DNA of 60,448 bases from Saccharofermentanales bacterium. GTDB taxonomy: Bacteria > Bacillota > Clostridia > Saccharofermentanales > DTU023. The first letter of the stretch is position 1; each line of letters starts with the position of its first letter. A program made the position numbers and the translations under genes. Below the pieces are notes generated by a model. That model ran no database searches and was not told the origin of the DNA. It saw nothing but the letters and a program-made list of their open reading frames with translations. Below, in pieces: positions 27,381 through 36,507 of the stretch. The stretch covers positions 1 to 60,448 of the forward strand of contig JBBAEW010000004.1 in assembly GCA_041655695.1 (NCBI GenBank). Direction: 5' to 3'.

Positions 27381-28247
27381 TTATGCGGAGACCAGGGCAG
27401 AGCAGGCAATGGAATAAAGCTTTTCCTCAACCCCCGCTGAACGGGAGGTGATGATGACCGGAGCCCGGGCGCCGGCAAGAAAGCCCGCGAAACGCGCACC
27501 GCCTCCGTAGATGAGGGCCTTGGATGTGAGATTGCCGGAGACAAAGTCGGGCATGAGAAAGATATCGGCATCACCGGCCACCGGACTCTCATAGTGCTTG
27601 ATGGCAGCGGCCTCCGGGTCAAAAGCCAGGTCGAAGGAGATGGGGCCCTCCACCTGGCAGCCGGTCAGCTGCCCTTCTTCATTCAGTGCCTTGAGGGCGG
27701 CCGCCCGGACTGTCTCCGGCATGCGCTGGTGGACTTTCTCAACTGCTGCCAGGCAGGCCACCTTGGGTCTGTCCACCCCCAGCCGCTGCATGACCTGGAC
27801 GGCGTTGACCAGAATCCCCTGCAAATCCTCCAGGTCAGGGTACATGACCATGCCCCCGTCCGTGACCAGCATGAGTTTGTGGTAGCGGGGGCAGTCCAGA
27901 AGGGCCACATGAGAGATCAGACGGCCGGTCAGGAGGCCGTAGTCCTTGTTGACAATCTCCTTGAGGAGGACGGCCGTATCCAGATTGCCCTTGAGGATCA
28001 TGTCCAGATCCCCTTGCCCAACCCGCAGAACCGCCTGTCTGGCGGCTTCTTGCGCAGAAGAGAAGCACAAAGCCTCCGGGGGGCTGTCCGCCCCTTCTAG
28101 CGAAAAGAAGACCGGCTGAACCAGGCCCAGTTCCTCCGCCCTGCGGACGGCTTCCACGGCAGACTGGTCTGCGCAGACCACCGCGCACCTTTTTTTGAGG
28201 GGGTTCAAAGCGACCTGATTGATCACCTCTTCAAAGCGATTTTCCAT
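27381..28247 (-). CDS. ptb: Phosphate butyryltransferase
   Basis: LKGNLDT, ISHVA, TDGGM, AAVEKV, EGPISFDLA, VAGDADI, GARAPVIITSRS. ATG 28247 after GAGGAG; precedes buk. Confidence 0.9.
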   Translation of the reverse strand: MENRFEEVINQVALNPLKKRCAVVCADQSAVEAVRRAEELGLVQPVFFSLEGADSPPEALCFSSAQEAARQAVLRVGQGDLDMILKGNLDTAVLLKEIVNKDYGLLTGRLISHVALLDCPRYHKLMLVTDGGMVMYPDLEDLQGILVNAVQVMQRLGVDRPKVACLAAVEKVHQRMPETVRAAALKALNEEGQLTGCQVEGPISFDLAFDPEAAAIKHYESPVAGDADIFLMPDFVSGNLTSKALIYGGGARFAGFLAGARAPVIITSRSAGVEEKLYSIACSALVSA

Positions 28248-28391
28248 AGACAGGCTCCTCAGATTTTTGGTCTTTTTATGATAACACGAGGGGCCGAATC
28301 CCTTCCCCTTCCTATGCAATATGCTATAATTCTTGAAAAGCTGAAACGGAAACCAGTCATTTTCGTGAATTATCGCAAGAGGGAGTTCTTT

Positions 28392-30815
28392 ATGGAAGTT
28401 GGGAGAAGTACCACGCGCGTCGATGCTTATGACAAAGCGACCGGCCGCGCCAAATACACGGATGATCTCTGTCCCAGGAACGCTTATGTATCCCGGATCC
28501 TCCACTCAACCATCGCGCATGGCCGGGTGTTGAAAATCGATACAAGCGAGGCTGAGAAAATCGAAGGTGTCATCAAGGTCCTTACCTGTTTCGATGTCCC
28601 CGATATTCAATTCGCGACTGCCGGCCACCCCTGGGCAACCGACCCTGCCAAGCAGGATATCGCCGACCGCAAGCTGCTCAATGAGCACGTCCGTTATTAC
28701 GGGGACGATGTCGCGGTCGTCATCGCCAAAGACTATGTAGCCGCTGACCGGGCCATCCGCGCTCTCAAGGTGGACTACGAGGAGTACCCCTTCGTCCTGG
28801 ATCCCCTGGAAGCAATGAAAGAGGGCGCCCCCGTCATTCACGAGGAAATGCCTGACAATATCCTGGGTCACGGTCAGATCAGGAAGGGTGATTACCAGGA
28901 GGCTATCAAGGAGCCGGGCCTGATAAAAGTTGAAGGCTGGTATTTCACCCCCACCGTCCAGCACGTCCATCTTGAAAACCATGTGGCCTATGCCTACGAG
29001 GAGCAAGGCGGCCGGATCACGGTTGTCTCCTCCACTCAGATCCCTCATATTGTGAGACGGATCGTTTCGCAGGCCCTGGGTGTCCCCTGGGGCCATATCC
29101 GCCTGATCAAGCCTTACATCGGCGGCGGTTTCGGCAACAAGCAGGATGCCCTCTACGAGCCCCTGGTTGCCTGGATGACCACTCAGGTGGGCGGCCACCC
29201 CGTCAAGTTCGACACAACAAGGGAAGAGACCTTTGTCAGCAACCGGGTCCGCCACGCCATCCACTCACACATCATCTCCTGGCTCCGGCCTGACGGAACC
29301 CTGGTGGCCAGAAAGGCAGAGCTCTTTTCGGATAACGGCGCCTACGCCTCGCACGGACACGGCGTGGTTCTCAAGGCCATGGGCTCCTTCCCCCAGCTTT
29401 ACCCGGTGGCCAACTTCGAATCGGACGCCTGGACCATGTATACCAACAAGCCGTCCGCCGGGGCCATGCGGGCCTATGGAATCCCCCAGGCCATGTTCGC
29501 CCTGGAGAGCCATACAGAGGACATCGTGACCCGGCTCCAGCTGGATCCTTACGAGTTCCGCCACAAGAACTGCATGCCGGTCGGCTACTATGACGATTTC
29601 TCCAAGAATGAACTTTACGACGACAGCCTGCGGCAGACCATGGACAAGGCAAAAGCCCTCATGGACTATGACCGCAAACGGGAACTCTACAAGAATCAGA
29701 CCGGCCCTGTCCGCAAGGGAATCGGCATCTCCCTCTTCTGGTACAACACGGCTGTCTGGCCCATCAGCATTGAAACATCCTCCTGTCGGATGATGATGAA
29801 TCCCGACGGCTCCGTTCAGGTTATGACCGGGGAGACGGAAATCGGCCAGGGCTTTGATACGGTCTTTGCCCAGATGGCGGCGGACTCCATCGGCATCAGT
29901 GCCGACAAGGTGCACGTCTTCACCAACCAGGATACGGATGTCACCCCCTACGGATCCGGCGCATACGGCTCGAGGCAGACCTACGTCTCCAGCTTCGCCA
30001 TTGCCCAGACCGGCAGGCTCCTGCGCGAGAAGATTCTCAAGCACGCCCATTCGCTGACGCGCATGCCCCTCGAGATCCTGGATCTGGTGGACGGCAATAT
30101 CGTCCGCAAGGGAGACAAGCGTGTCTTGATGCCCCTGTCCGAGCTGGTCACCGAGATCCTCTATGACTTCAAGCTCAGCGACGCCATCGCAGCCGAGAGC
30201 ACCTACTCAGTCCAGAGCAACGCCTATTCCTTCGGCGTCTCCATCGCTGAAGTAGAAGTTGACATCCCTCTTTGCAAGGTCAAACTGCTGGACATCGTCA
30301 ACGTTCACGACTGCGGAACCCTGATCAATCCCCAGCTGGCGGAAGCTCAGGTTCACGGCGGCATGAGCATGGGTATCGGCTACGGACTCTTTGAGACCCT
30401 GCTCAATGACGAGAAGACAGGCCGTGTCCTCAACGACAATCTCCTGGATTACAAGTTGCCGACCACCATGGATCACCCCGATCTCAAGGCCGGTTTCGTT
30501 GAGAATCCGGAACCCACCAGCCCCTTCGGCAACAAGGCCCTGGGTGAACCGCCGGCCTGTTCGCCGGCGCCGGCCATCCGCAATGCCGTCCTCCAGGCCA
30601 CGGGCGTAGGGATCAACACCATCCCCCTGTCGCCTCACCAGCTCTTCAAGGATTTTTCCCAGGCCGGCCTGCTGGGCACGGAGGAAGAACGCCTTTTGCG
30701 CCGCAAGGCCTACGAGGAACTCAAGGACACCGTCATCCACGTCACGGACCAGGCTGAAGAAAAAGCCGCCGTCGATACCAAAAGCCCCCAGATGCAGCCA
30801 GGCGGCAAAGAGTAA
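28392..30815 (+). CDS. xdhA: Xanthine dehydrogenase molybdenum-binding subunit (E. coli XdhA-like)
   Basis: ATAGHPW, VQHVHLENH, IGGGFGNKQD, AMRAYGIPQ, GAYGSRQTY, KALGEPP. ATG 28392 after GAGGGAG. Confidence 0.9.
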   Translation: MEVGRSTTRVDAYDKATGRAKYTDDLCPRNAYVSRILHSTIAHGRVLKIDTSEAEKIEGVIKVLTCFDVPDIQFATAGHPWATDPAKQDIADRKLLNEHVRYYGDDVAVVIAKDYVAADRAIRALKVDYEEYPFVLDPLEAMKEGAPVIHEEMPDNILGHGQIRKGDYQEAIKEPGLIKVEGWYFTPTVQHVHLENHVAYAYEEQGGRITVVSSTQIPHIVRRIVSQALGVPWGHIRLIKPYIGGGFGNKQDALYEPLVAWMTTQVGGHPVKFDTTREETFVSNRVRHAIHSHIISWLRPDGTLVARKAELFSDNGAYASHGHGVVLKAMGSFPQLYPVANFESDAWTMYTNKPSAGAMRAYGIPQAMFALESHTEDIVTRLQLDPYEFRHKNCMPVGYYDDFSKNELYDDSLRQTMDKAKALMDYDRKRELYKNQTGPVRKGIGISLFWYNTAVWPISIETSSCRMMMNPDGSVQVMTGETEIGQGFDTVFAQMAADSIGISADKVHVFTNQDTDVTPYGSGAYGSRQTYVSSFAIAQTGRLLREKILKHAHSLTRMPLEILDLVDGNIVRKGDKRVLMPLSELVTEILYDFKLSDAIAAESTYSVQSNAYSFGVSIAEVEVDIPLCKVKLLDIVNVHDCGTLINPQLAEAQVHGGMSMGIGYGLFETLLNDEKTGRVLNDNLLDYKLPTTMDHPDLKAGFVENPEPTSPFGNKALGEPPACSPAPAIRNAVLQATGVGINTIPLSPHQLFKDFSQAGLLGTEEERLLRRKAYEELKDTVIHVTDQAEEKAAVDTKSPQMQPGGKE

Positions 30816-30828
30816 ATGAGGAGAGTTT

Positions 30829-31710
30829 ATGTACGATATTAATCATCTTTACGAAGCGACCTCAGTCGAACACGCGGTAGAGCTGCGTGTCGAACAGCCG
30901 CAGGCCCTCATCATCAGCGGAGGATCCGATGTCCTGATCAGCATCCGGGCAGGCGGTCTGGCCGGATGCGACCTGATCAGCCTTTACGGACTGGATCAGC
31001 TGCGGGGCGTCAGCCTGGACCCGGACGGCAGCATCCGGATCGGGACCCTGACCAGCTTCACCGACCTCTCGGAAGATCCCATCATCCGCGAACGCATCCC
31101 TGTTCTGGGGGAAGCTGCCGCCACCGTTGGGGGGCCCCAGATCCGCAATATCGGAACCATCGGGGGCAATACCTGCAACGGCGTGACGTCGGCCGATACG
31201 GCCACCACCCTCCTGGCCCATGATGCCTTCATGGAGCTGACCGGCAGGGAAGGCGTCCGCCTGGTTCCCATGACGGAGTTTTACCTGGGCGTCAAGAAGG
31301 TTGACATCAGGCCCGACGAGATCGCGACCGCCCTTCTGATCCGGCCCCAGGATTACCAGGACTTCCACGGAAGCTATTTCAAATACGCCATGCGCGATGC
31401 CATGGACATTGCCACCAGCTCCTGCTCGGTCAATGTCCGCCTGAGCCCGGACAAGAAGACCATAGAGAAGGCCCGGATCGGCTTCGGCGTCGCCGGCCCG
31501 GTTCCCATGCGAACTCCGACGGCAGAGGAAGCCGTACGCGGCAAACCGGTTTCAATCGACACCATTGAGGCCTTCGCGGCCGGTGCCCTGGAGGATGTCA
31601 ACCCCAGGACCAGCTGGCGGGCATCCAAGGAGTTCCGCCTGCATATCCAGGGCGAGTTGGCACGGCGCTGCCTTTATGAATCAATCCGGCGCGCGGGAGG
31701 TAAGGTTTAA
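30829..31710 (+). CDS. xdhB: Xanthine dehydrogenase FAD-binding subunit
   Basis: SGGSDVLI, VGGPQIRNIGTIGGNTCNGVTSAD, KYAMRDAMDIA, PRTSWRASKEFR. Confidence 0.9.
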   Translation: MYDINHLYEATSVEHAVELRVEQPQALIISGGSDVLISIRAGGLAGCDLISLYGLDQLRGVSLDPDGSIRIGTLTSFTDLSEDPIIRERIPVLGEAAATVGGPQIRNIGTIGGNTCNGVTSADTATTLLAHDAFMELTGREGVRLVPMTEFYLGVKKVDIRPDEIATALLIRPQDYQDFHGSYFKYAMRDAMDIATSSCSVNVRLSPDKKTIEKARIGFGVAGPVPMRTPTAEEAVRGKPVSIDTIEAFAAGALEDVNPRTSWRASKEFRLHIQGELARRCLYESIRRAGGKV

Positions 31711-32213
31711 TGAGCAAGGTTCAATACAAGCAAATCCAGTTCATTCTGAACGGACATGAGGTCAGCGCATCCATCGATATGCGCGAATCACTGGCAGACA
31801 TGCTCCGCAATGAATTCGGCATGACCTCGGTCAAAAAGGGCTGTGAAGTCGGCGAATGCGGGGCCTGTACCGTCCTGATCGACGGCCGCCCCTACGATTC
31901 CTGCATCTTCCTGGCTATCTGGATTGACGGACGCAAGGTGACCACCCTGGAAGGCCTCATGGACGAGGACGGCTCCATCTCCGACATCCAGCAGGCCTTC
32001 ATCGACGAGGCTGCGGTTCAGTGCGGCTTTTGCACCCCGGGATTCATCCTGTCTGCCGAGCACCTGCTCCAGACCGGCAAGCGTTACTCACGCGATGAAA
32101 TCCGCAGGGAGCTGTCCGGTAATATGTGCCGCTGCACGGGTTACCAGAACATCATCAATGCGGTCGAAAAAACGATGGACAAGCGGCTGGAAGAAAAATC
32201 CGAATCCCGCTGA
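31710..32213 (+). CDS. xdhC: Xanthine dehydrogenase [2Fe-2S] subunit
   Basis: GCEVGECGACTV, QCGFCTPG, GNMCRCTGY. Confidence 0.92.
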   Translation: MSKVQYKQIQFILNGHEVSASIDMRESLADMLRNEFGMTSVKKGCEVGECGACTVLIDGRPYDSCIFLAIWIDGRKVTTLEGLMDEDGSISDIQQAFIDEAAVQCGFCTPGFILSAEHLLQTGKRYSRDEIRRELSGNMCRCTGYQNIINAVEKTMDKRLEEKSESR

Positions 32214-32236
32214 CCGGTTTTGGGACAATCAAAGAC

Positions 32237-32268
32237 AAAAGAGAGCGGGCCTCATGCCCGCTCTCTTT
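32237..32268. terminator. Bidirectional intrinsic terminator
   Basis: AAAAGAGAGCGGGC-CTCAT-GCCCGCTCTCTTT. Confidence 0.8.
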
Positions 32269-32279
32269 GATGATTATGA

Positions 32280-33161
32280 TCAGAAGCCCGCAAACAGCTG
32301 GGCCCAGTAATAGCGGTGGGAAGTGCCCGGGTCATGATAACAGCCGACCCCGATCTCGGAATAGTTCCCGTTCATAATATTATTGCGGTGGCCCTCTGAG
32401 CCCATCCAGCCCTGCACAACCCGCGCGGGAGTGCTGTGACCGGCCGCGATATTCTCTCCGGCACAGCGATAGGACAGGTTGATGGCAGTCGACCACTTGG
32501 TCCCGTTGGGTCTGGTATGCGAGAACTTGGTTACCAGTTCCGCCGCCCGCACATGGGCCGAGGCCCGAAGGGAGGCATTCATGACCAGGGGGGCCAGCCC
32601 CGCCTGGGCCCGTTCAATATTGACCAGACGGACCACCTCCATCTCAAATTCCAGGCAATAGGAACCCTGGGCTGATGTGGTGGGCGGTTTGGTCGTCGTC
32701 GTTGTCGGCTGGGCAGTCGTCGTTGGCGGCTTGGCAGTCGTTGTTGGCGGCTTGGTGGTCGTTGTCGGAGATTGGGTGGTCGTTGTTGGAGGTTTGGTTG
32801 TTGTTGGGGGCAGAGTGCTTGTGGTCGTAGGAGGTGTCGCCGTGCTGGTGGCCTTGACGCTTGTGGGGCTGGTGCTGCTTGTCTGGGTCTGGCAGCTGCT
32901 GGCTGCCGGTTCAGTGGCCAGGCTTGCCGATCCGGGCGTGGTGACCGGAATTTTCAAGTCTCCGCCCAGCGGCTTTTCACCTGGCAAATCCAGGAGCGGC
33001 GTGTAGAGTGTGCCCGGGTCCCGCTGCTGCCTGTGAATAATCAGACCCAGCCGGTCGCAAGGTGTGCTTCCGTTGACGGCGTCGACCGCGGCGCCCAAGG
33101 TTTCATTTACGAAAGAAGCCAGCACCAGAATAAATGCCGCGACGAGAACTGCCTTCCTCAT
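32280..33161 (-). CDS. Secreted CAP/SCP-domain protein with Thr/Pro-rich repeat linker
   Basis: Signal peptide, PTTTTKP repeats, LVNIERAQAGL, FSHTRPNG, GENIA, WMGSEGHRNNI, YWAQLF. Confidence 0.88.
   Translation of the reverse strand: MRKAVLVAAFILVLASFVNETLGAAVDAVNGSTPCDRLGLIIHRQQRDPGTLYTPLLDLPGEKPLGGDLKIPVTTPGSASLATEPAASSCQTQTSSTSPTSVKATSTATPPTTTSTLPPTTTKPPTTTTQSPTTTTKPPTTTAKPPTTTAQPTTTTTKPPTTSAQGSYCLEFEMEVVRLVNIERAQAGLAPLVMNASLRASAHVRAAELVTKFSHTRPNGTKWSTAINLSYRCAGENIAAGHSTPARVVQGWMGSEGHRNNIMNGNYSEIGVGCYHDPGTSHRYYWAQLFAGF
32675..32810 (-). repeat. Degenerate ~21-nt coding tandem repeat (PTTTTKP-like units)
   Basis: About 7 units (PTTTTKP, PTTTTQS, PTTTAKP, PTTTAQ) within the CAP gene. Confidence 0.7.
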
Positions 33162-33223
33162 TTACCTCTACCTGTCCCCAAGGGGTCATCCTCCAAGGAT
33201 TAGTTCTACACTGTTGTTGGTTA

Positions 33224-33252
33224 ATCGTACTAATTAATTATTAGTATGTCAA
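33224..33252 (-). promoter_or_regulatory. sigmaA promoter of the CAP gene with an overlapping palindromic operator
   Basis: TTGACA (33252-33247), 17-bp spacer, TACGAT (33229-33224); palindrome TACTAAT-N5-ATTAGTA at 33228-33246. Confidence 0.7.
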
Positions 33253-33413
33253 TAACCATTTATTGCATTTTTAAGGGGGTATAAGTCTTTGTTCTATGGA
33301 TTAATATGAATTATTATTCATATATCCTGTATTGAATATCATAGACCCCAACTGCATGCCCACCTCCACAAGCACTTTTCCATCCCTTATAATCAATTGC
33401 AGGAGGTGCAGCC

Positions 33414-33968
33414 ATGACCCAATTGAATCGAACGCTTGAGCTGATCCAGGAGCGGAGCAGTATCCGCTCTTATCTCAAAGACAGTGTCAGGGAAGATGAA
33501 ATCGATCGTTTAAAGGAGGCGGTTCTTGCGTCTCCCACCGCCCGCAACCGCCAGCAGCTGCGCTATTCCTTTATCCGCGATCAGGAACTGATCCGCCGGA
33601 TGGACCAGCGCATCTTTCATTACTGCGACGGCCAGATGATGGAATCCATGAAAACAAGGCAAGCGGACAGTTTCTTTTACGGGGCCCCCCTGGTTGTCCT
33701 GATCTCAGCTTCTGAGTCGGCGTGGGCAGACCTTGATGCCGGCATCGCCGTCGGGATCCTGGCCATCGCGGCCCAGTCCCTGGGGCTTTCCTCGGTCATC
33801 CTGGGCATGCCCCGCCTGGCCTTCCAGGAAGAAGACCCGCAAAACTGCCGCGCACTCCTTGACATGGAAGAGGAGGAGCGTTTCTGTGTCGCTATCGCCA
33901 TAGGGCGGGCAGCTGCCGGCAAGGAGCCTCACCAGGCCAATTGGGATCACATCCGGGTCTTTGACTGA
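33414..33968 (+). CDS. Nitroreductase-family flavoprotein
   Basis: ERSSIRSY, SPTARNRQ, FYGAPLVV, DAGIA...AAQSLGLSSV; AGGAGG RBS. Confidence 0.9.
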   Translation: MTQLNRTLELIQERSSIRSYLKDSVREDEIDRLKEAVLASPTARNRQQLRYSFIRDQELIRRMDQRIFHYCDGQMMESMKTRQADSFFYGAPLVVLISASESAWADLDAGIAVGILAIAAQSLGLSSVILGMPRLAFQEEDPQNCRALLDMEEEERFCVAIAIGRAAAGKEPHQANWDHIRVFD

Positions 33969-34063
33969 CCCCTGTCCCCGCCTGACAGGTTATCTTCCGG
34001 CGCCTTGAGTCAGAGCCCTTCGTGTTATGATGAAGCATCCGGTTTTGCGGATGGAGGTGTTAT

Positions 34064-36121
34064 ATGAATGGGACCCTGTGGCCCTTTGTTTCTATTCTGG
34101 CGTCACTTGGCGCCTTTGGCATCGGCTTTTATTTCTATTCAGGAATCAAAAAGCTGCCCAGCGCCAATGAGGAAATCGACCATTACGGCAAGTTGATTCG
34201 TGACGGCGCCATGGCCTTTCTGCGGACGGAGAACCGGATTCTCCTGCGCTTTGTCCTGGCCACCGCGGTCATCATCAGCCTTTTCCTGCCGCCTGTCTGG
34301 CAGAGCCAGTCCCTGCTCATCAACCTGGGCATGGGGCTTTGCTATATCTGCGGCGCTGTCATATCCGGCCTGGCAGGCTACGTGGGTATGCGGGTGGCAA
34401 CTGTGGCCAACGTCAAGACGGCCTCCGAGGCCTCGCGCGGCCTGACCCATGCCTACCGGGCAGGCTTTCGCGGCGGCGCCGTCATGGGACTTGCCATAGT
34501 CGGTTCCTGCCTTTTGGGCTCCTCGATTGTCTACCTGATCTTCCCCCATAACCCCAACTTCCTCCTGGCTTTCAGCTTTGGTGCCAGCTCTCTGGCTCTC
34601 TTTGCCAAGGCAGGGGGCGGGATCTTCACAAAAACCGCTGACATCGCGGCCGACCTGACCGGCAAGATTGAACTGGGCATCCCCGAGGACGACCCCAGGA
34701 ACCCCGCCGTCATTGCCGACAATGTGGGCGATAATGTGGGGGACGTGGCCGGCATGGGCGCGGATCTCTTTGATTCCAATGTTGCCGCCATCGCGGCGGC
34801 TCTGGTTCTGGCCCTGGACCTCAGCCAGGCACCCTTCATCTTCATGATTTCAGCCATGGGCCTTGTGGCCTCCATGATCGGCGTCTTCGCCTCCAATGTC
34901 AGGGAAGGCGGCAGCCCGGGCCGGGCCCTCAACCGGGGCACCTACCTGACGACGGCCATCTTCTTTATCCTGACCCTGGCCACCAGCCTTATTTTCCGCT
35001 TTGAACTGCGCTTCTGGGGGGCGGCCATGATCGGCCTCCTGGCAGGCACAGTCATCGGAATTTCATCGGAGTTCTTCACCTCTGATGAAGGCAAGCGGGT
35101 TCAGTCGGTTGCACGGATTTCACAGCAGGGACCCGCCTTTACCATCCTGGCCGGCTTCAGCAACGGACTCCTGTCAAGCTTCCCTTCTCTTTTCGGGATT
35201 GGCGCCGCCGCCCTGGCCGCCTACAGGCTCTGCCTGCCCCTGGGGCCGGATTATGCCCTCTTCGGCATTGCCCTTTCAGCGGTGGGCATGCTCTCCATCA
35301 TCGGGCTGGTCACCGCCAACGATGCCTACGGGCCTATCGTGGATAACGCCCGCGGCCTGTCGGAAATGAGCGGGCTGGGGGATCGGGTCCTCCAGGTGAC
35401 AGATGAACTGGATGCCGCAGGCAATACAGCCAAAGCCATCACCAAGGGTTTCTCCATCGGGGCGGCCGGCCTGACCGTCATCGCCCTCCTGGCCGCTTAC
35501 CGGGAGACTCTGACCAACATCGTGGGTCACGACCTCCTGGCCGGCTTTGATATTCTGGATCCTCTGGTCTTCTTCGGCATGATCGTAGGGGTCGGTGTCC
35601 CGGCCGTTTTCTCAGCCATGCTCATGACGGGCGTCAACCGTAATGCCGACCGCATGGTCAACGAGATCCGACGGCAGTTTGATCAGATACCGGGCCTCAA
35701 GGAAGGCAAATCCGGTATCCAGCCGGATTACAACCGCTGCATTGACCTTGCCGCGGTCGGCGCTCTGAAAGAGCTCCTGCCCGCAGGCGTCATGGCTATC
35801 GGAGTGACCCTGGCGGTCGGCTTCATCGGCGGCGTTCATGCCGTAGCCGGCTATCTGGCCGGCAACATCCTGAGCGGCGTCCTCCTGGCCCTGCTCATGA
35901 GCAACGCGGGCGGCATGTGGGACAACGCCAAGAAGTATGTCGAGGCCGGAAATTTCGGCGGCAAGGGCTCCGAAGCCCACAGGGCGACCATCATCGGTGA
36001 TACGGTCGGCGATCCTTTCAAGGACACGGCCGGCCCCTCCATCAATACCCAGATCACGGTCGTCTCCCTTGTATCATCCCTGGCTGCGGGTCTCTTCGCG
36101 GCCTTCTCACTATTTGGTTAG
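34064..36121 (+). CDS. hppA: Membrane-bound cation-translocating pyrophosphatase
   Basis: GGGIFTKTADIAADL, PEDDPRNPAVIADNVGDNVGD, DAYGPIVDNA, GNTAKAITKG, WDNAKK, GDTVGDPFKDTAGP. Confidence 0.95.
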   Translation: MNGTLWPFVSILASLGAFGIGFYFYSGIKKLPSANEEIDHYGKLIRDGAMAFLRTENRILLRFVLATAVIISLFLPPVWQSQSLLINLGMGLCYICGAVISGLAGYVGMRVATVANVKTASEASRGLTHAYRAGFRGGAVMGLAIVGSCLLGSSIVYLIFPHNPNFLLAFSFGASSLALFAKAGGGIFTKTADIAADLTGKIELGIPEDDPRNPAVIADNVGDNVGDVAGMGADLFDSNVAAIAAALVLALDLSQAPFIFMISAMGLVASMIGVFASNVREGGSPGRALNRGTYLTTAIFFILTLATSLIFRFELRFWGAAMIGLLAGTVIGISSEFFTSDEGKRVQSVARISQQGPAFTILAGFSNGLLSSFPSLFGIGAAALAAYRLCLPLGPDYALFGIALSAVGMLSIIGLVTANDAYGPIVDNARGLSEMSGLGDRVLQVTDELDAAGNTAKAITKGFSIGAAGLTVIALLAAYRETLTNIVGHDLLAGFDILDPLVFFGMIVGVGVPAVFSAMLMTGVNRNADRMVNEIRRQFDQIPGLKEGKSGIQPDYNRCIDLAAVGALKELLPAGVMAIGVTLAVGFIGGVHAVAGYLAGNILSGVLLALLMSNAGGMWDNAKKYVEAGNFGGKGSEAHRATIIGDTVGDPFKDTAGPSINTQITVVSLVSSLAAGLFAAFSLFG

Positions 36122-36173
36122 GAGGATCCCGCAAGGATCCGCTGACAAGAAGATAAGGAAAGGAACTGTGCTT

Positions 36174-36491
36174 ATGCATCCCTTACATGGAAAATGGAAG
36201 ATCGTCGCGCATACGTCTTTCGGCGACCTGCCAAGTGTCAATGAGATTATTGTGGAGGGAGATACCTTTCACGGCGTCATGCACGATGAGAAATCCGGCA
36301 AGGATTACGATATCGTCAAGGGCAAGATCGACGGAAACCATTTCACCCTGGAGACATCCATGAGCTTTGTTGTCTTCTCAATCAAGGTGGATTTGGAAGG
36401 CACCCTGTCTGAAGACCAGAAACACATGAGCGGTACTGTGACCGCCATGTCCAAGACCGGGACTTTTGAAGGCGAAAAAATCGAAGACTGA
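36174..36491 (+). CDS. Small hypothetical beta-rich protein
   Basis: ATG 36174 after AAGGAAAGGA; MHPLHGKWKIVAHTSFG...GTFEGEK; typical codon usage. Confidence 0.7.
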   Translation: MHPLHGKWKIVAHTSFGDLPSVNEIIVEGDTFHGVMHDEKSGKDYDIVKGKIDGNHFTLETSMSFVVFSIKVDLEGTLSEDQKHMSGTVTAMSKTGTFEGEKIED

Positions 36492-36507
36492 AAAGCCTGA
36501 CGGGCGG

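Noticed and set aside
28248..28505. N-terminal extensions in the ORF track for ptb and xdhA (also Na/Pi to 39012, eda to 23823, Mo subunit from 19617)
   Set aside because: They overlap divergent genes or promoters; internal starts with good RBS match the family N-termini.
32675..32810. Short periodic repeats as a possible CRISPR array (also the Thr tracts at ~23935-24015 and ~24860-24920)
   Set aside because: They are degenerate codon repeats encoding Thr/Pro linkers, with no constant repeat plus unique spacer structure and no cas genes.
16953..36491. Other TGA stops checked for selenocysteine readthrough (TIGR04076, XDH FAD subunit, xdhC, nitroreductase, 36174..36491)
   Set aside because: Each lies at the expected family C-terminus or overlaps the next start; none aligns with a conserved Cys as far as I can see.
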